This document shows, in pieces, positions 9,796 through 18,595 of a stretch of 64,000 bases of DNA. The notes under the pieces were generated by a model. That model saw only the letters and a program-made list of their open reading frames with translations, was not told where the DNA came from and did not search any database. The stretch comes from Bacteroidota bacterium. Lineage in GTDB: Bacteria; Bacteroidota; Bacteroidia; Chitinophagales; Chitinophagaceae. The stretch is from NCBI GenBank assembly GCA_025362055.1, contig JANYIM010000183.1, positions 8,972 to 72,971 of the forward strand, in the 5' to 3' direction. Positions within the stretch are counted from its first letter, which is position 1. Every line of letters begins with the position of its first letter. A program made the translations under genes and the position numbers.

Positions 9796-11097
9796 GTGCT
9801 GAAAAGATTTGCCTTTTTATTATTGCTGTTAATAGCCACGCATTCCCTTAAAGCCCAATTCCTGATGGATATGGTAGATACCAGTAAGGATATAGGAAAA
9901 GGCATGCTATCCATCTATAAAAAATTCGACCATATCCGCATCGGTGGCTATATTCAGCCACAGTTCCAAATGGCGCAGGACAAAGCCGCCAAAAGCTATA
10001 ACGGGGGTGATTTTGCAACGAATGTAAACAACAGGTTCATGATACGCCGGGGCCGTATCCGTTTTGATTATATTCATTTTGCTGAAAAAAAAGGGCCTTC
10101 TGTACAATTTGTCTTCCAGTTTGATGGCACCGAACGCGGCGTGTTCATTCGTGATTTCTGGGGAAGGGTCTTTGAGAATAAATACCAGCTGTTTGCCTTC
10201 TCAGTAGGGATGTTCGCAAGGCCATTTAGTTATGAGCTCAATCTTTCTTCCAGCGACAGGGAAAGCCCCGAACGCGGAAGAATGAGCCAGATCCTCATGA
10301 AAACAGAAAGAGACCTTGGCGCCATGATCTCCTTTGAACCAAGAAAAAAAGACAACCCCCTGCGATATTTAAAAATTGATGCAGGATTATTCAACGGCCC
10401 GGGTTTAGCTGCCACTGCAGATTTCGACAGTCATAAAGACCTTATTACCCGCATTGCATTAAAGCCATACCCCCTTACAAAAAACATTACAGTAAGTGCC
10501 GGTGCATCCTGCCTCGATGGTGGTTTTTTGCAAAACACAAAATATGTGTACACTATAAACAACAATGCTTCGGGCAAAACATTTACCATCGATTCAACAT
10601 CAACCAATAATGGCAAAATAGCTCCCCGCAAATATTATGGTGCCGACATACAGGTAAAAATCAGGAACAAAGCAGGCTACACCGAGCTAAGGGCAGAATT
10701 CATAGCCGGCACACAAACTGCCACATCAGGTACTTCCGAAACCCCGGCAGCACTGCTCACCGGCACTGATGGGTATTATGTCAGAAAATTCAACGGCGCT
10801 TATTTTTACCTGTTACAAAATATTTTTAATCCCCATCACCAACTCATTGTAAAATATGACTGGTACGACCCCAATACTAAAGTGAAAAGCGATGATATTG
10901 GCAAACCCGGAACGGCACTCACGGCAACGGATATAAAATTCGCCACTTTAGGTTTTGGATATATTCACTACGTAAACGAAAATCTAAAGCTGGTTTTATG
11001 GTACGAGAAAGTGACCAATGAAAAAACCCAACTCCCCGGCTTTACTAGCGATCTTAAGGATGATGTATTCACTTGCAGGCTGCAATTCAGGTTTTAA
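9796..11097 (+). CDS. Phosphate-selective porin (OprO/OprP-like)
   Basis: Signal peptide; GGYIQPQFQ, IRRGR, SSSDRESPERGR, RDLG; C-terminal LQFRF; divergent from DUF47-pit. Confidence 0.8.
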   Translation: MLKRFAFLLLLLIATHSLKAQFLMDMVDTSKDIGKGMLSIYKKFDHIRIGGYIQPQFQMAQDKAAKSYNGGDFATNVNNRFMIRRGRIRFDYIHFAEKKGPSVQFVFQFDGTERGVFIRDFWGRVFENKYQLFAFSVGMFARPFSYELNLSSSDRESPERGRMSQILMKTERDLGAMISFEPRKKDNPLRYLKIDAGLFNGPGLAATADFDSHKDLITRIALKPYPLTKNITVSAGASCLDGGFLQNTKYVYTINNNASGKTFTIDSTSTNNGKIAPRKYYGADIQVKIRNKAGYTELRAEFIAGTQTATSGTSETPAALLTGTDGYYVRKFNGAYFYLLQNIFNPHHQLIVKYDWYDPNTKVKSDDIGKPGTALTATDIKFATLGFGYIHYVNENLKLVLWYEKVTNEKTQLPGFTSDLKDDVFTCRLQFRF

Positions 11098-11108
11098 AGA
11101 ACGATCAC

Positions 11109-11186
11109 GTAACATTATGGTAACATTCCCATAACATTTACCTAACGGTAGGTTCATTTTGGGATAACATGTAAGTTGTCTTTTTG
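11109..11186 (+). promoter_or_regulatory. Putative Pho box array with a degenerate -7 element
   Basis: TAAC at 11110, 11121, 11132, 11143 and 11165; TCTTTTTG at 11179. Confidence 0.75.
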
Positions 11187-11202
11187 CATTAAAATTAACA
11201 GC

Positions 11203-14200
11203 ATGAAGACGAACAAATTACTATCTGCACTATTTGCATTTATCCTTTTCACAACAACCGCTTTTGCACAGGAAACAACCAGTACCCTCAACGGCACCAT
11301 TTCTGATGAAAAGGGGGTTGCGGTTTCAGGAGCAACCATTACCGCCATACATGAGCCAACAGGCAATGTAAGCACCACACAAACCAATAAGAAGGGGTTA
11401 TTCAGCATCCCCAATTTAAAACCCGGTGGCCCTTATACCGTAAAAGTTTCTTTTGTGGGTTATAGCGAGGAAAAAATAGACAACTTGAATTTTATACTGG
11501 GAAATAATCCCGATATGAATATTGGTTTGAAGATAAATACCAGGAGCATGAATGAGGTGGTGGTTACAACAAGTAAAAAAATTGCCGGAGCCGGGATCAA
11601 TGTCGGAAGAAATCAATTGAGTACTTTACCAACATTGGGAAGGAGTATCACTGATTTCACCCGGCTTACGCCACAGTCCAATAACAACTCTTTTGCGGGA
11701 AGTAATTTCCGGTATAATAATCTAACCATTGATGGCGCCATCAACAATGATGCGATCGGTTTCAGTAATTCCTTTGGCGGAACAAGTGGCGGAGGCCAGT
11801 CAGGCGCTGCGGGTGCAGGTACACGTACCAATCCTTATAGCATTGACGCCATACAGGAAGTGCAGGTGCAATTATCTCCATTTGATGTAAAGCAGGGAAA
11901 CTTTACCGGTGGTTCTGTGAACGCCGTTACCAAAAGCGGAACCAATACTGTTCATGGTTCAGCATATGTTTATATGCGGGGGCAATCATTGATGGGAAAA
12001 AGTGTTGACGGCCTTAAAACAAAGATCGGATCCGATTTTCATGAATACCAATATGGTGCAAGTGTTGGCGGCCCCATTGTAAAAAACAAGGCCTTCTTCT
12101 TCATAAATCTTGAACAAACACGCCGCCAGGAACCTACATTCTATAATATCGGCGATCCGGGCGCTGCCATCACTCAAACAGAAGCAGACCAGGTTTATAA
12201 TAAATTGAAGGGCTTAGGATATGATGCAGGTGATTATACCGGAGCATATAAACTTTTCACCAACAGTGATAAATTATTTGCACGTTTTGATTTTAAACTG
12301 AACTCAAAAAATAACCTCATGATCCGCGCTATCTATACCAGCGGTTCGGGTAATAACCTGGAACGTTCTTCTACCAACTTCCAGTTTGGATCAACAGATT
12401 TTACACAATACACGAAGAATCTGAACCTCGTTGGTGAACTGAAAACAAAGATCAGCAATAACCTGAACAACCAGTTCAACGTGAGTTATATAAAAGTACA
12501 TGAATACAGGACCTTCCCAGGCACATTGGCGCCTTTCATTGATATTGATAATGGCAGGATATGGGCCGGCACCTGGAGAGAGGCTTCTATCTATAATATG
12601 AAGCAGCAGACCATTGAGATCAGTGATAATGTTACTTATACAAAGGGTATTAACAAATTCACCTTCGGCACACACAATGAATTTTATGATCTTAGTTATG
12701 GATTCATCAATTCATGGAATGGCCGCTGGGAGTATTCGCGTGGTGTTAGCAGTTTCCTCAATAATAACCCAAGCCGTGTGCGTGGCGCTTTTTCCCGCAA
12801 TACCAGTAAGTTAGCAAACGACCGGGAAGCCATCTACAACGATCCGCCAAATCCTTATAAAGTTGCTTTAATCAGCGGTTATGCACAGGATGAAATTTCA
12901 GTGAACAAAAGATTCAAATTAACAGTGGGTGCAAGAATTGATTATTCGTCTGTTGGTAATCAGCCCGGCCTTGACTCTAATCTCAATGCAACCTTAAGGA
13001 CCACGCAAACCACCGCTCCTACTTATTCTAATACAGGATTCAGTGAATTGACCAATACTTACCTCGGCAAAGCAAGTGTTTCACCAAGATTGGGATTCAA
13101 TTTTGATGTGAATGGAAATGGTTCTCTGGTGATCCGTGGTGGTACCGGTATTTTTTTAGGAAGATTACCATTTGCGTGGATGGGTTACGGTTATACGCTT
13201 AATGGAAATACTTATGGAAATATCGACTGGAACAATATCAGTTCCTCTACAACTGTTCCTTTAGCAATAAATCCCTACGGTTTAAAAGATACGGTAACAA
13301 AATATGGTGGCGCTTCAAGAAGCAGCACAAGAGAAATAGATATCGTGGATAATAATTTTAAACTACCAAGGGTATGGCGTACAAACGTAGCCGTAGATTA
13401 TAAATTCGGCAAAGGATACAAAGCAACATTTGATGTGCTGTACACCAAAACTTTATACGATGTAAAATTCCAGCAGATCAATTTATTTGATTCTACACAG
13501 TATTTCACATCGGGCCCAACCCAGTCTCCTATTTATGTTGCAAGGGGTTCCGGTACAAACGGTAAATACAATTTAGCTTATTCAAATGTTTATTTTTTAA
13601 GTAATACCAAAGAAGGGTATCGTTATAATATCACCGGCAGCATCAGCAAGACAACCAATAATATCAAACTGGGGCAAAGTCATGTATTAGACATGAATTG
13701 GAGCCTTGCATATACTTATGGTGTGAGTAAGGATATCAGCAACGGTATCCGTAATTCATGGGAAAGTAATTTTAACCTGAACCCCGCCATCTCTCCTAAC
13801 TCACCGCAATTAGGTTACTCTAATTTTGACCTCCGCAACAGGATCGTTGGAACATTTGGTGGTAGTTTTCACTGGAATAAAATGAATACAACTTCGTTGA
13901 ACTTCTTTTATGCTGGACAATCCGGTAGCCCTTACACGCTCATCTATCAATCGCCTCCGGGAAGTGGTGGATCCAATGCCCCATTGCCTTATATACCAAA
14001 AGATCAATCAGATATTCGTTTAGCTGATTATACTTTGAACGGGACCTTATATACCGCTGCACAGCAATGGGCCGACCTGAATAGTTTTATTGATGGTGAT
14101 AAATACTTGAAAACGCGTCGTGGACAATACGCCGAAAGAAATGGCATGCGCACACCCTGGAACAATGAACTTGACATGAAACTGATGCACGAATTTAAAC

Positions 14201-14496
14201 TGAGCAAGACGAACAGTCAACATAGTTTACAAGTAAGCCTTGACATATTCAATGTGCTTAATTTATTAAGCAATAGTTGGGGGCACGTGAATTTTGTTAC
14301 CAACGTAAACCAATACGATGTGAATTTCCTGAAGTATGCAACCGATGCAAATGGTAAAGCCGCAGGAACGCCTGCAAGCGGTTATTTACCAACATACAAT
14401 TTTATTAAACCAGCCGGTGTTAGCGGACATTATTATACATTAGATCCCATTAATAGTCGCTGGCAGGGACAGTTTGGAGTAAAATATAATTTTTAA
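11203..14496 (+). CDS. TonB-dependent receptor (Oar/OmpA-like type with N-terminal carboxypeptidase regulatory-like domain)
   Basis: Signal peptide MKTNKLL..AFAQ; PGGPYTVKVSFVG; NNLTIDGA; SIDAIQE; GNFTGGSVNAVTKSGTN; VSPRLGFN; C-terminal GVKYNF. Confidence 0.9.
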   Translation: MKTNKLLSALFAFILFTTTAFAQETTSTLNGTISDEKGVAVSGATITAIHEPTGNVSTTQTNKKGLFSIPNLKPGGPYTVKVSFVGYSEEKIDNLNFILGNNPDMNIGLKINTRSMNEVVVTTSKKIAGAGINVGRNQLSTLPTLGRSITDFTRLTPQSNNNSFAGSNFRYNNLTIDGAINNDAIGFSNSFGGTSGGGQSGAAGAGTRTNPYSIDAIQEVQVQLSPFDVKQGNFTGGSVNAVTKSGTNTVHGSAYVYMRGQSLMGKSVDGLKTKIGSDFHEYQYGASVGGPIVKNKAFFFINLEQTRRQEPTFYNIGDPGAAITQTEADQVYNKLKGLGYDAGDYTGAYKLFTNSDKLFARFDFKLNSKNNLMIRAIYTSGSGNNLERSSTNFQFGSTDFTQYTKNLNLVGELKTKISNNLNNQFNVSYIKVHEYRTFPGTLAPFIDIDNGRIWAGTWREASIYNMKQQTIEISDNVTYTKGINKFTFGTHNEFYDLSYGFINSWNGRWEYSRGVSSFLNNNPSRVRGAFSRNTSKLANDREAIYNDPPNPYKVALISGYAQDEISVNKRFKLTVGARIDYSSVGNQPGLDSNLNATLRTTQTTAPTYSNTGFSELTNTYLGKASVSPRLGFNFDVNGNGSLVIRGGTGIFLGRLPFAWMGYGYTLNGNTYGNIDWNNISSSTTVPLAINPYGLKDTVTKYGGASRSSTREIDIVDNNFKLPRVWRTNVAVDYKFGKGYKATFDVLYTKTLYDVKFQQINLFDSTQYFTSGPTQSPIYVARGSGTNGKYNLAYSNVYFLSNTKEGYRYNITGSISKTTNNIKLGQSHVLDMNWSLAYTYGVSKDISNGIRNSWESNFNLNPAISPNSPQLGYSNFDLRNRIVGTFGGSFHWNKMNTTSLNFFYAGQSGSPYTLIYQSPPGSGGSNAPLPYIPKDQSDIRLADYTLNGTLYTAAQQWADLNSFIDGDKYLKTRRGQYAERNGMRTPWNNELDMKLMHEFKLSKTNSQHSLQVSLDIFNVLNLLSNSWGHVNFVTNVNQYDVNFLKYATDANGKAAGTPASGYLPTYNFIKPAGVSGHYYTLDPINSRWQGQFGVKYNF

Positions 14497-14545
14497 TCCT
14501 GGTTCAGTATAGGTTTTCTTAAGCAAGTATTATTATTATCATGTT

Positions 14546-14576
14546 AGCCACCGTTAGTCTTAACGGTGGTTTTTTT
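14546..14576 (+). terminator. Intrinsic terminator after the TonB-dependent receptor
   Basis: AGCCACCGTTA-gtct-TAACGGTGGTT followed by a T run. Confidence 0.85.
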
Positions 14577-14610
14577 ACACTTTGATAAAGTTGTGAGTAA
14601 CCGCGTTTTC

Positions 14611-14666
14611 ATAACATTCACATAATATTCCCCTAACCATCCCTTAACACCGGGATAAGATATTGT
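14611..14666 (+). promoter_or_regulatory. Putative Pho box array
   Basis: TAACA 14612, TAATA 14623, TAACC 14634, TAACA 14645, TAAGA 14656. Confidence 0.7.
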
Positions 14667-14671
14667 GCATG

Positions 14672-14763
14672 AGTTTAGTAAAAGGAATTGAATTAGATCT
14701 CCTTAAGCAAATAGCAAGTTTCTCATGCTTTAGTCACCGTTATTCTTATCGGTGGCTTTTTTT
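14672..14763 (+). ncRNA. Candidate Pho-regulated small RNA 1
   Basis: Lies between a 5-repeat array and an intrinsic terminator (14732-14763); paralogous to the upstream receptor 3' UTR. Ends are estimated. Confidence 0.45.
14732..14763 (+). terminator. Intrinsic terminator
   Basis: AGTCACCG...CGGTGGCT followed by a T run. Confidence 0.75.
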
Positions 14764-14780
14764 ATACCTTTAAATAAAAA

Positions 14781-15182
14781 ATGCCGCGTATCTGCTCCTT
14801 CCTGTTCGTTGTTATACTATTTTCTTCCTGCAATAAACCTACCGGCATCAAAGAACTCGTATCAACTGCCGATAGTGTTGCCATTAATTTTTATAAAGGA
14901 GATGGAAGTATGGACACCGTTGTGAAAGTAGTTATCCTAAAAGATAAAAAACAACTGGAAGATCTCTCTGGTTATATAGAATCGGGTACTACAAAAAATA
15001 CCAACTGCGGTTATGATGGTTCACTTCATTTATTCAAGAATGATGCAGTGACCAGGGATATCGACTTCAGGATGAATGATGCGGGTTGCATGCATTTTTC
15101 GTTTACAATGGATAGAAAAATCTTTTGTACAAAATTATCAGCAGCTGCGAAACAATTTTTAGTAGCTATTTCAAAGCAATAA
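14781..15182 (+). CDS. Hypothetical lipoprotein
   Basis: Lipobox FSSC; A-rich region before the ATG; CGYDGS motif. Confidence 0.7.
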   Translation: MPRICSFLFVVILFSSCNKPTGIKELVSTADSVAINFYKGDGSMDTVVKVVILKDKKQLEDLSGYIESGTTKNTNCGYDGSLHLFKNDAVTRDIDFRMNDAGCMHFSFTMDRKIFCTKLSAAAKQFLVAISKQ

Positions 15183-15293
15183 CGATACTACACCCATAAA
15201 AGGTTTGCAAAACGTTTTGTCGATGGTTGCTACACCCTATAGATTATACATTGCCCTTTGCAAATAGCTTTTGGATGCAGAAAATAAAATTCA

Positions 15294-15349
15294 TTAACGT
15301 TAAGCTAATCTTTCCTTTACAATTGGGTTACACCGGATACTGTTCTTTG
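15294..15349 (+). promoter_or_regulatory. Putative Pho box array with a degenerate -7 element
   Basis: TAACG 15295, TAATC 15306, TTACA 15317, TTACA 15328; GTTCTTTG at 15342. Confidence 0.65.
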
Positions 15350-15363
15350 CAAAACCTCTTCTA

Positions 15364-16452
15364 ATGAAACGACTCTTGATCGTATTTGCATTTTTTGCAA
15401 ATCCTGCATTTTCGCAGCAAGTCACCTGTCAAAACATCTTTATCATTACTACCGATGGATTCCGCTGGCAGGAATTATTTACCGGCGCCGATTCTGCCAT
15501 AATCTCCAATCCCGATTATGTAAAAGATTCCGCCGCATTGGCATATATGTATGGAGGCAAGACACCAGCTGAACGCAGAATGAAACTGATGCCTTTTCTA
15601 TGGAATTATATTGCCGCAAAGGGGCAAGTGTGGGGCAACCGCAATTATGGAAACAATGTTTCTGTAGCAAACCCTTATCATCTTTCATACCCTGGATACA
15701 ATGAATTACTCACTGGTTTTGCCGACCCGCAAATGATAAGCAACAGGAAAAGAAATAACCCTAATAGCAATTTGCTGGCCTATTTAAATTCCTTACCAAA
15801 ATATAAGAACAGTGTGGCGCTGTTTGGTTCCTGGAAATTGTTCTCTTATATCGTCAACGGTTCTGTAAATAAAATACCCCTTAATTGTGGTTACCAGGCG
15901 ATGGAAGAAGATTCGCTTTCACTGACAGAACAGGCAGTTAATTATCTTGAGCAAACCAGCGAAAATAACGGCGCCCCTACACGAAGTGACCTGCTAACTT
16001 TTGCATTGGCCACAGAATATATAAAGAAAAATCATCCGCATATTGTTTACATCGGTTTTGGCGAAACAGATGAATTTGCACACCATGGCCAGTATGATAA
16101 TTACCTGAACCAGGCCAACCAGTTTGATAAATTTTTAGCGCAGTTGTGGAGTTTGATACAACAGGATGACTTTTATAAGAACACTACCACTTTATTTATC
16201 ACTACAGATCATGGCAGGGGTAGAAGGCCCGCCAAATGGACAACACACGGCCCATTCATTGGAGGATCAGATGAAACATGGATGGCGCAGCTGGGCCCCA
16301 ATATCCCTGCATTGGGAGAAGTAAAACAAAAAATTGATTATACTACCGAGCAATTTGCACAAACAATTGCAGGGTATTTGGGCGAGACCTTTATTGCAGA
16401 GCACCCGATTGCAGAACCGGTATATTCCTTTTTTACAAAGAAGAAAAATTAA
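15364..16452 (+). CDS. Exported alkaline-phosphatase-superfamily metalloenzyme (phosphatase / phosphodiesterase)
   Basis: Signal peptide; IITTDGFRWQE, SYPGYNELLTG, GETDEFAH and TTDHGRG metal-ligand motifs. Confidence 0.85.
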   Translation: MKRLLIVFAFFANPAFSQQVTCQNIFIITTDGFRWQELFTGADSAIISNPDYVKDSAALAYMYGGKTPAERRMKLMPFLWNYIAAKGQVWGNRNYGNNVSVANPYHLSYPGYNELLTGFADPQMISNRKRNNPNSNLLAYLNSLPKYKNSVALFGSWKLFSYIVNGSVNKIPLNCGYQAMEEDSLSLTEQAVNYLEQTSENNGAPTRSDLLTFALATEYIKKNHPHIVYIGFGETDEFAHHGQYDNYLNQANQFDKFLAQLWSLIQQDDFYKNTTTLFITTDHGRGRRPAKWTTHGPFIGGSDETWMAQLGPNIPALGEVKQKIDYTTEQFAQTIAGYLGETFIAEHPIAEPVYSFFTKKKN

Positions 16453-17519
16453 CGGGTAGTTGCAGTACTTAACGTTGTAAAACGTATGAGTGGTTTTACA
16501 GGGCCCGCAATTTTCTTTTGCTTTTGGTTACCCGGCAAAACACTCTCCAATATCTTACTTATTATCGCGTCTGTTTCATCCCGAAAATCTACCTGCAGAT
16601 TTGGCTTTTGAACAAGCCAGTTCTCAATTTTGTGAAGATGTTTCTTTTTCAGGTTCCTGATCACAGGTACACCAAATGTTTCTAAAGCCGCTGCATTGCA
16701 ATATTGTTCATACTGTTGTTTCATGGGTATCACCAATAATTTTTTCCCCATAAAAAGCGCTTCTGCAGGAGTTTCAAAGCCGCTACCCGTGATGATTCCC
16801 TCACAATTGATAAAACTACTTGTGAAATCAAAATTGTTGACCGGTCGTACCCAGCAATTATTTTTTCCATAAGACCTTTTGCAATGCTGCGAAAAAATAT
16901 GCCATTGAATGTTTTTGAATGTAGAAAATATTTTCACCAGTTTATCTTCATGGTAAGCAGGAAGGTACACAGTATAGTGTCCCAGGTTACGGATATAAGC
17001 ATTGCGTATCTCCTTTCGTATCACAGGCGTAAAGATATTTTCATCATATTGTTTAAAATGAAAACCAATACCGGTTTTACAGGGAGCATAGTGCCTCAAT
17101 ACCAGCCATGCCATCGGGTCGAACCATTCGGGGCGTGGTGCATTTTTATTCAACATGGCATATTGGTGGCTCATCGCCACGCAGGGAATATCTTTTATTT
17201 TACTGGCCCATGCGCTGATGGGTTCAAAATCGTTGATCACAAGATCATATTCGTCAACTGGAAATGACCTGATCTCATTCAAAAAACGTTTTGATTGCAT
17301 TTTCTGGAGTGTTGCCAAAAAATCTATGCCTCCCTTTTTGCCTGTTTCAAAACTTAAGCCTTTGCGGCGGTATTTAATAAAATGATCCAGCTCAACATTT
17401 GATTTCGCGCCACTGACCAGGATATCCAGCTCGCACTTTTTTTCAAGATACGGGATGATCTCATTGGCTCTGCTGATATGCCCGTTGCCGTTAGCCTGTA
17501 TGGCGTATAATACTTTCAT
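16449..17519 (-). CDS. Glycosyltransferase, GT-B fold (MJ1255/VC2487-like), paralog 1
   Basis: MKVLYAIQANGNGHISRA, INDFEP, HYTVYLP, GFETPAEAL, PMKQQYEQYCNA. Start reassigned to 17519; perfect -7 element TAATTTTG at 17545-17538. Confidence 0.88.
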   Translation of the reverse strand: MKVLYAIQANGNGHISRANEIIPYLEKKCELDILVSGAKSNVELDHFIKYRRKGLSFETGKKGGIDFLATLQKMQSKRFLNEIRSFPVDEYDLVINDFEPISAWASKIKDIPCVAMSHQYAMLNKNAPRPEWFDPMAWLVLRHYAPCKTGIGFHFKQYDENIFTPVIRKEIRNAYIRNLGHYTVYLPAYHEDKLVKIFSTFKNIQWHIFSQHCKRSYGKNNCWVRPVNNFDFTSSFINCEGIITGSGFETPAEALFMGKKLLVIPMKQQYEQYCNAAALETFGVPVIRNLKKKHLHKIENWLVQKPNLQVDFRDETDAIISKILESVLPGNQKQKKIAGPVKPLIRFTTLSTATTR

Positions 17520-17590
17520 AATTAAAATGGAGTTATGCAAAATTAAGTTGAGGCTATTGTTCAACCGAAACCACACTGTTACTAAAATGA

Positions 17591-17657
17591 TAAACATTTT
17601 TTTAATGATTTGGTAACAGCATTTTTATAATGCGGTAAAATATTATCCCGATTTTTA
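17591..17657 (+). promoter_or_regulatory. Degenerate putative Pho box array
   Basis: AAACA 17592, TAATG 17603, TAACA 17614, TTATA 17625, TAAAA 17636. The region is AT-rich, so support is weaker. Confidence 0.4.
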
Positions 17658-17662
17658 TCTTC

Positions 17663-17763
17663 TTAATTACACATCCCCGTCCTGCGGGGTCTTCATAAAT
17701 CGGTTAGTATTTATCTCTGTGGTCTTGCAGGTAAGGGCGGAACAAAAATTCCGCTCTTTTTTT
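17663..17763 (+). ncRNA. Candidate small RNA 2
   Basis: No ATG on the + strand; 5' hairpin CCCCG-TCCTG-CGGGG (17675-17689); terminator at 17734-17763 with no upstream + strand gene to terminate. Confidence 0.45.
17734..17763 (+). terminator. Intrinsic terminator
   Basis: AGGGCGGAA-caaaaa-TTCCGCTCT followed by a T run. Confidence 0.8.
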
Positions 17764-17764
17764 G

Positions 17765-17820
17765 GTAACATTGCCTTAACATGAAGTTAATACCCTGGTA
17801 AACCGGCATCTATAGCTTGC
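17765..17820 (+). promoter_or_regulatory. Putative Pho box array upstream of the PAP2 gene
   Basis: TAACA 17766, TAACA 17777, TAATA 17788, TAAAC 17799; TAGCTTGC at 17813. Confidence 0.72.
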
Positions 17821-17850
17821 AGGTAATTAATAACCCGTTAAATACATTGC

Positions 17851-18546
17851 ATGAAAAGTTCAGTATCGCTTTTACGCAACAACCGTATCTACTTTTCAGG
17901 TTTATTTTTCTTTTTACTAACTAGCTTTTTATTGCTACTGGTAAATGGTAAAGCGGCTATATTCATTTCTTTAAATGCCTGGCATCCTTTTTGGCTGAAC
18001 GTTTTTTTTATCAACTATACTTTTGTAGGCGATGGGATTTTTGCAGTTGCCCTTATAGGAATTTTCTTATTCTATTTTAAAAAGAAACAAGAGGGGTTGG
18101 CATTATTGTATGCTTTTATAGTATCAGGTATCATTGTACAAATAATTAAGAATCTTGTTAGCTCACCAAGGCCGAAGCTATTTTTTGAACCGGGGCAATA
18201 TTTATTTTTTGTGGATAATATTTCATTGTCTAATAATTCCAGCTTCCCCTCCGGCCACACAGCCACAGCATTTGCGATTGCAACTGTCTTGATATTATTA
18301 ATGAAGGATAAAAAATGGCAATTACCTGTTTTGGTTGCAGCAGTATTGGTAGGTTATTCAAGGATATATCTTGCACAGCATTTTTTAGCAGATGTCCTGG
18401 TGGGTGCTGTTATCGGGAGTTTATCAGGTTTAGTGGCAGTTTATATTGCAAAGAACGTAAGGAACATAAAGATTTCTTTCTGGAAATTACACCGGCCCGG
18501 CAACAACAGAACAATATCTTCGCCAGTGGCAATTCAACCGGTATAA
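17851..18546 (+). CDS. PAP2 family membrane phosphatase
   Basis: KNLVSSPRP, SFPSGH, SRIYLAQHFLADV motifs; multiple TM segments. Confidence 0.92.
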   Translation: MKSSVSLLRNNRIYFSGLFFFLLTSFLLLLVNGKAAIFISLNAWHPFWLNVFFINYTFVGDGIFAVALIGIFLFYFKKKQEGLALLYAFIVSGIIVQIIKNLVSSPRPKLFFEPGQYLFFVDNISLSNNSSFPSGHTATAFAIATVLILLMKDKKWQLPVLVAAVLVGYSRIYLAQHFLADVLVGAVIGSLSGLVAVYIAKNVRNIKISFWKLHRPGNNRTISSPVAIQPV

Positions 18547-18595
18547 ATATTTTTACCATCGTATCAGTTAGTAATTGAGTGGGTAGGCATTTTAG

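Noticed and set aside
14669-14773. 34-codon ORF MSLVKGIELDLLKQ...
   Set aside because: It runs through an intrinsic terminator and has no room for a leader after the predicted promoter; kept only as an alternative to the sRNA model.
17577-17592. Minus-strand repeat pair (TGTTA 17577, TGATA 17588) for GT paralog 1
   Set aside because: Only one good core. It is in phase with the -7 element but too weak to list as a separate box.
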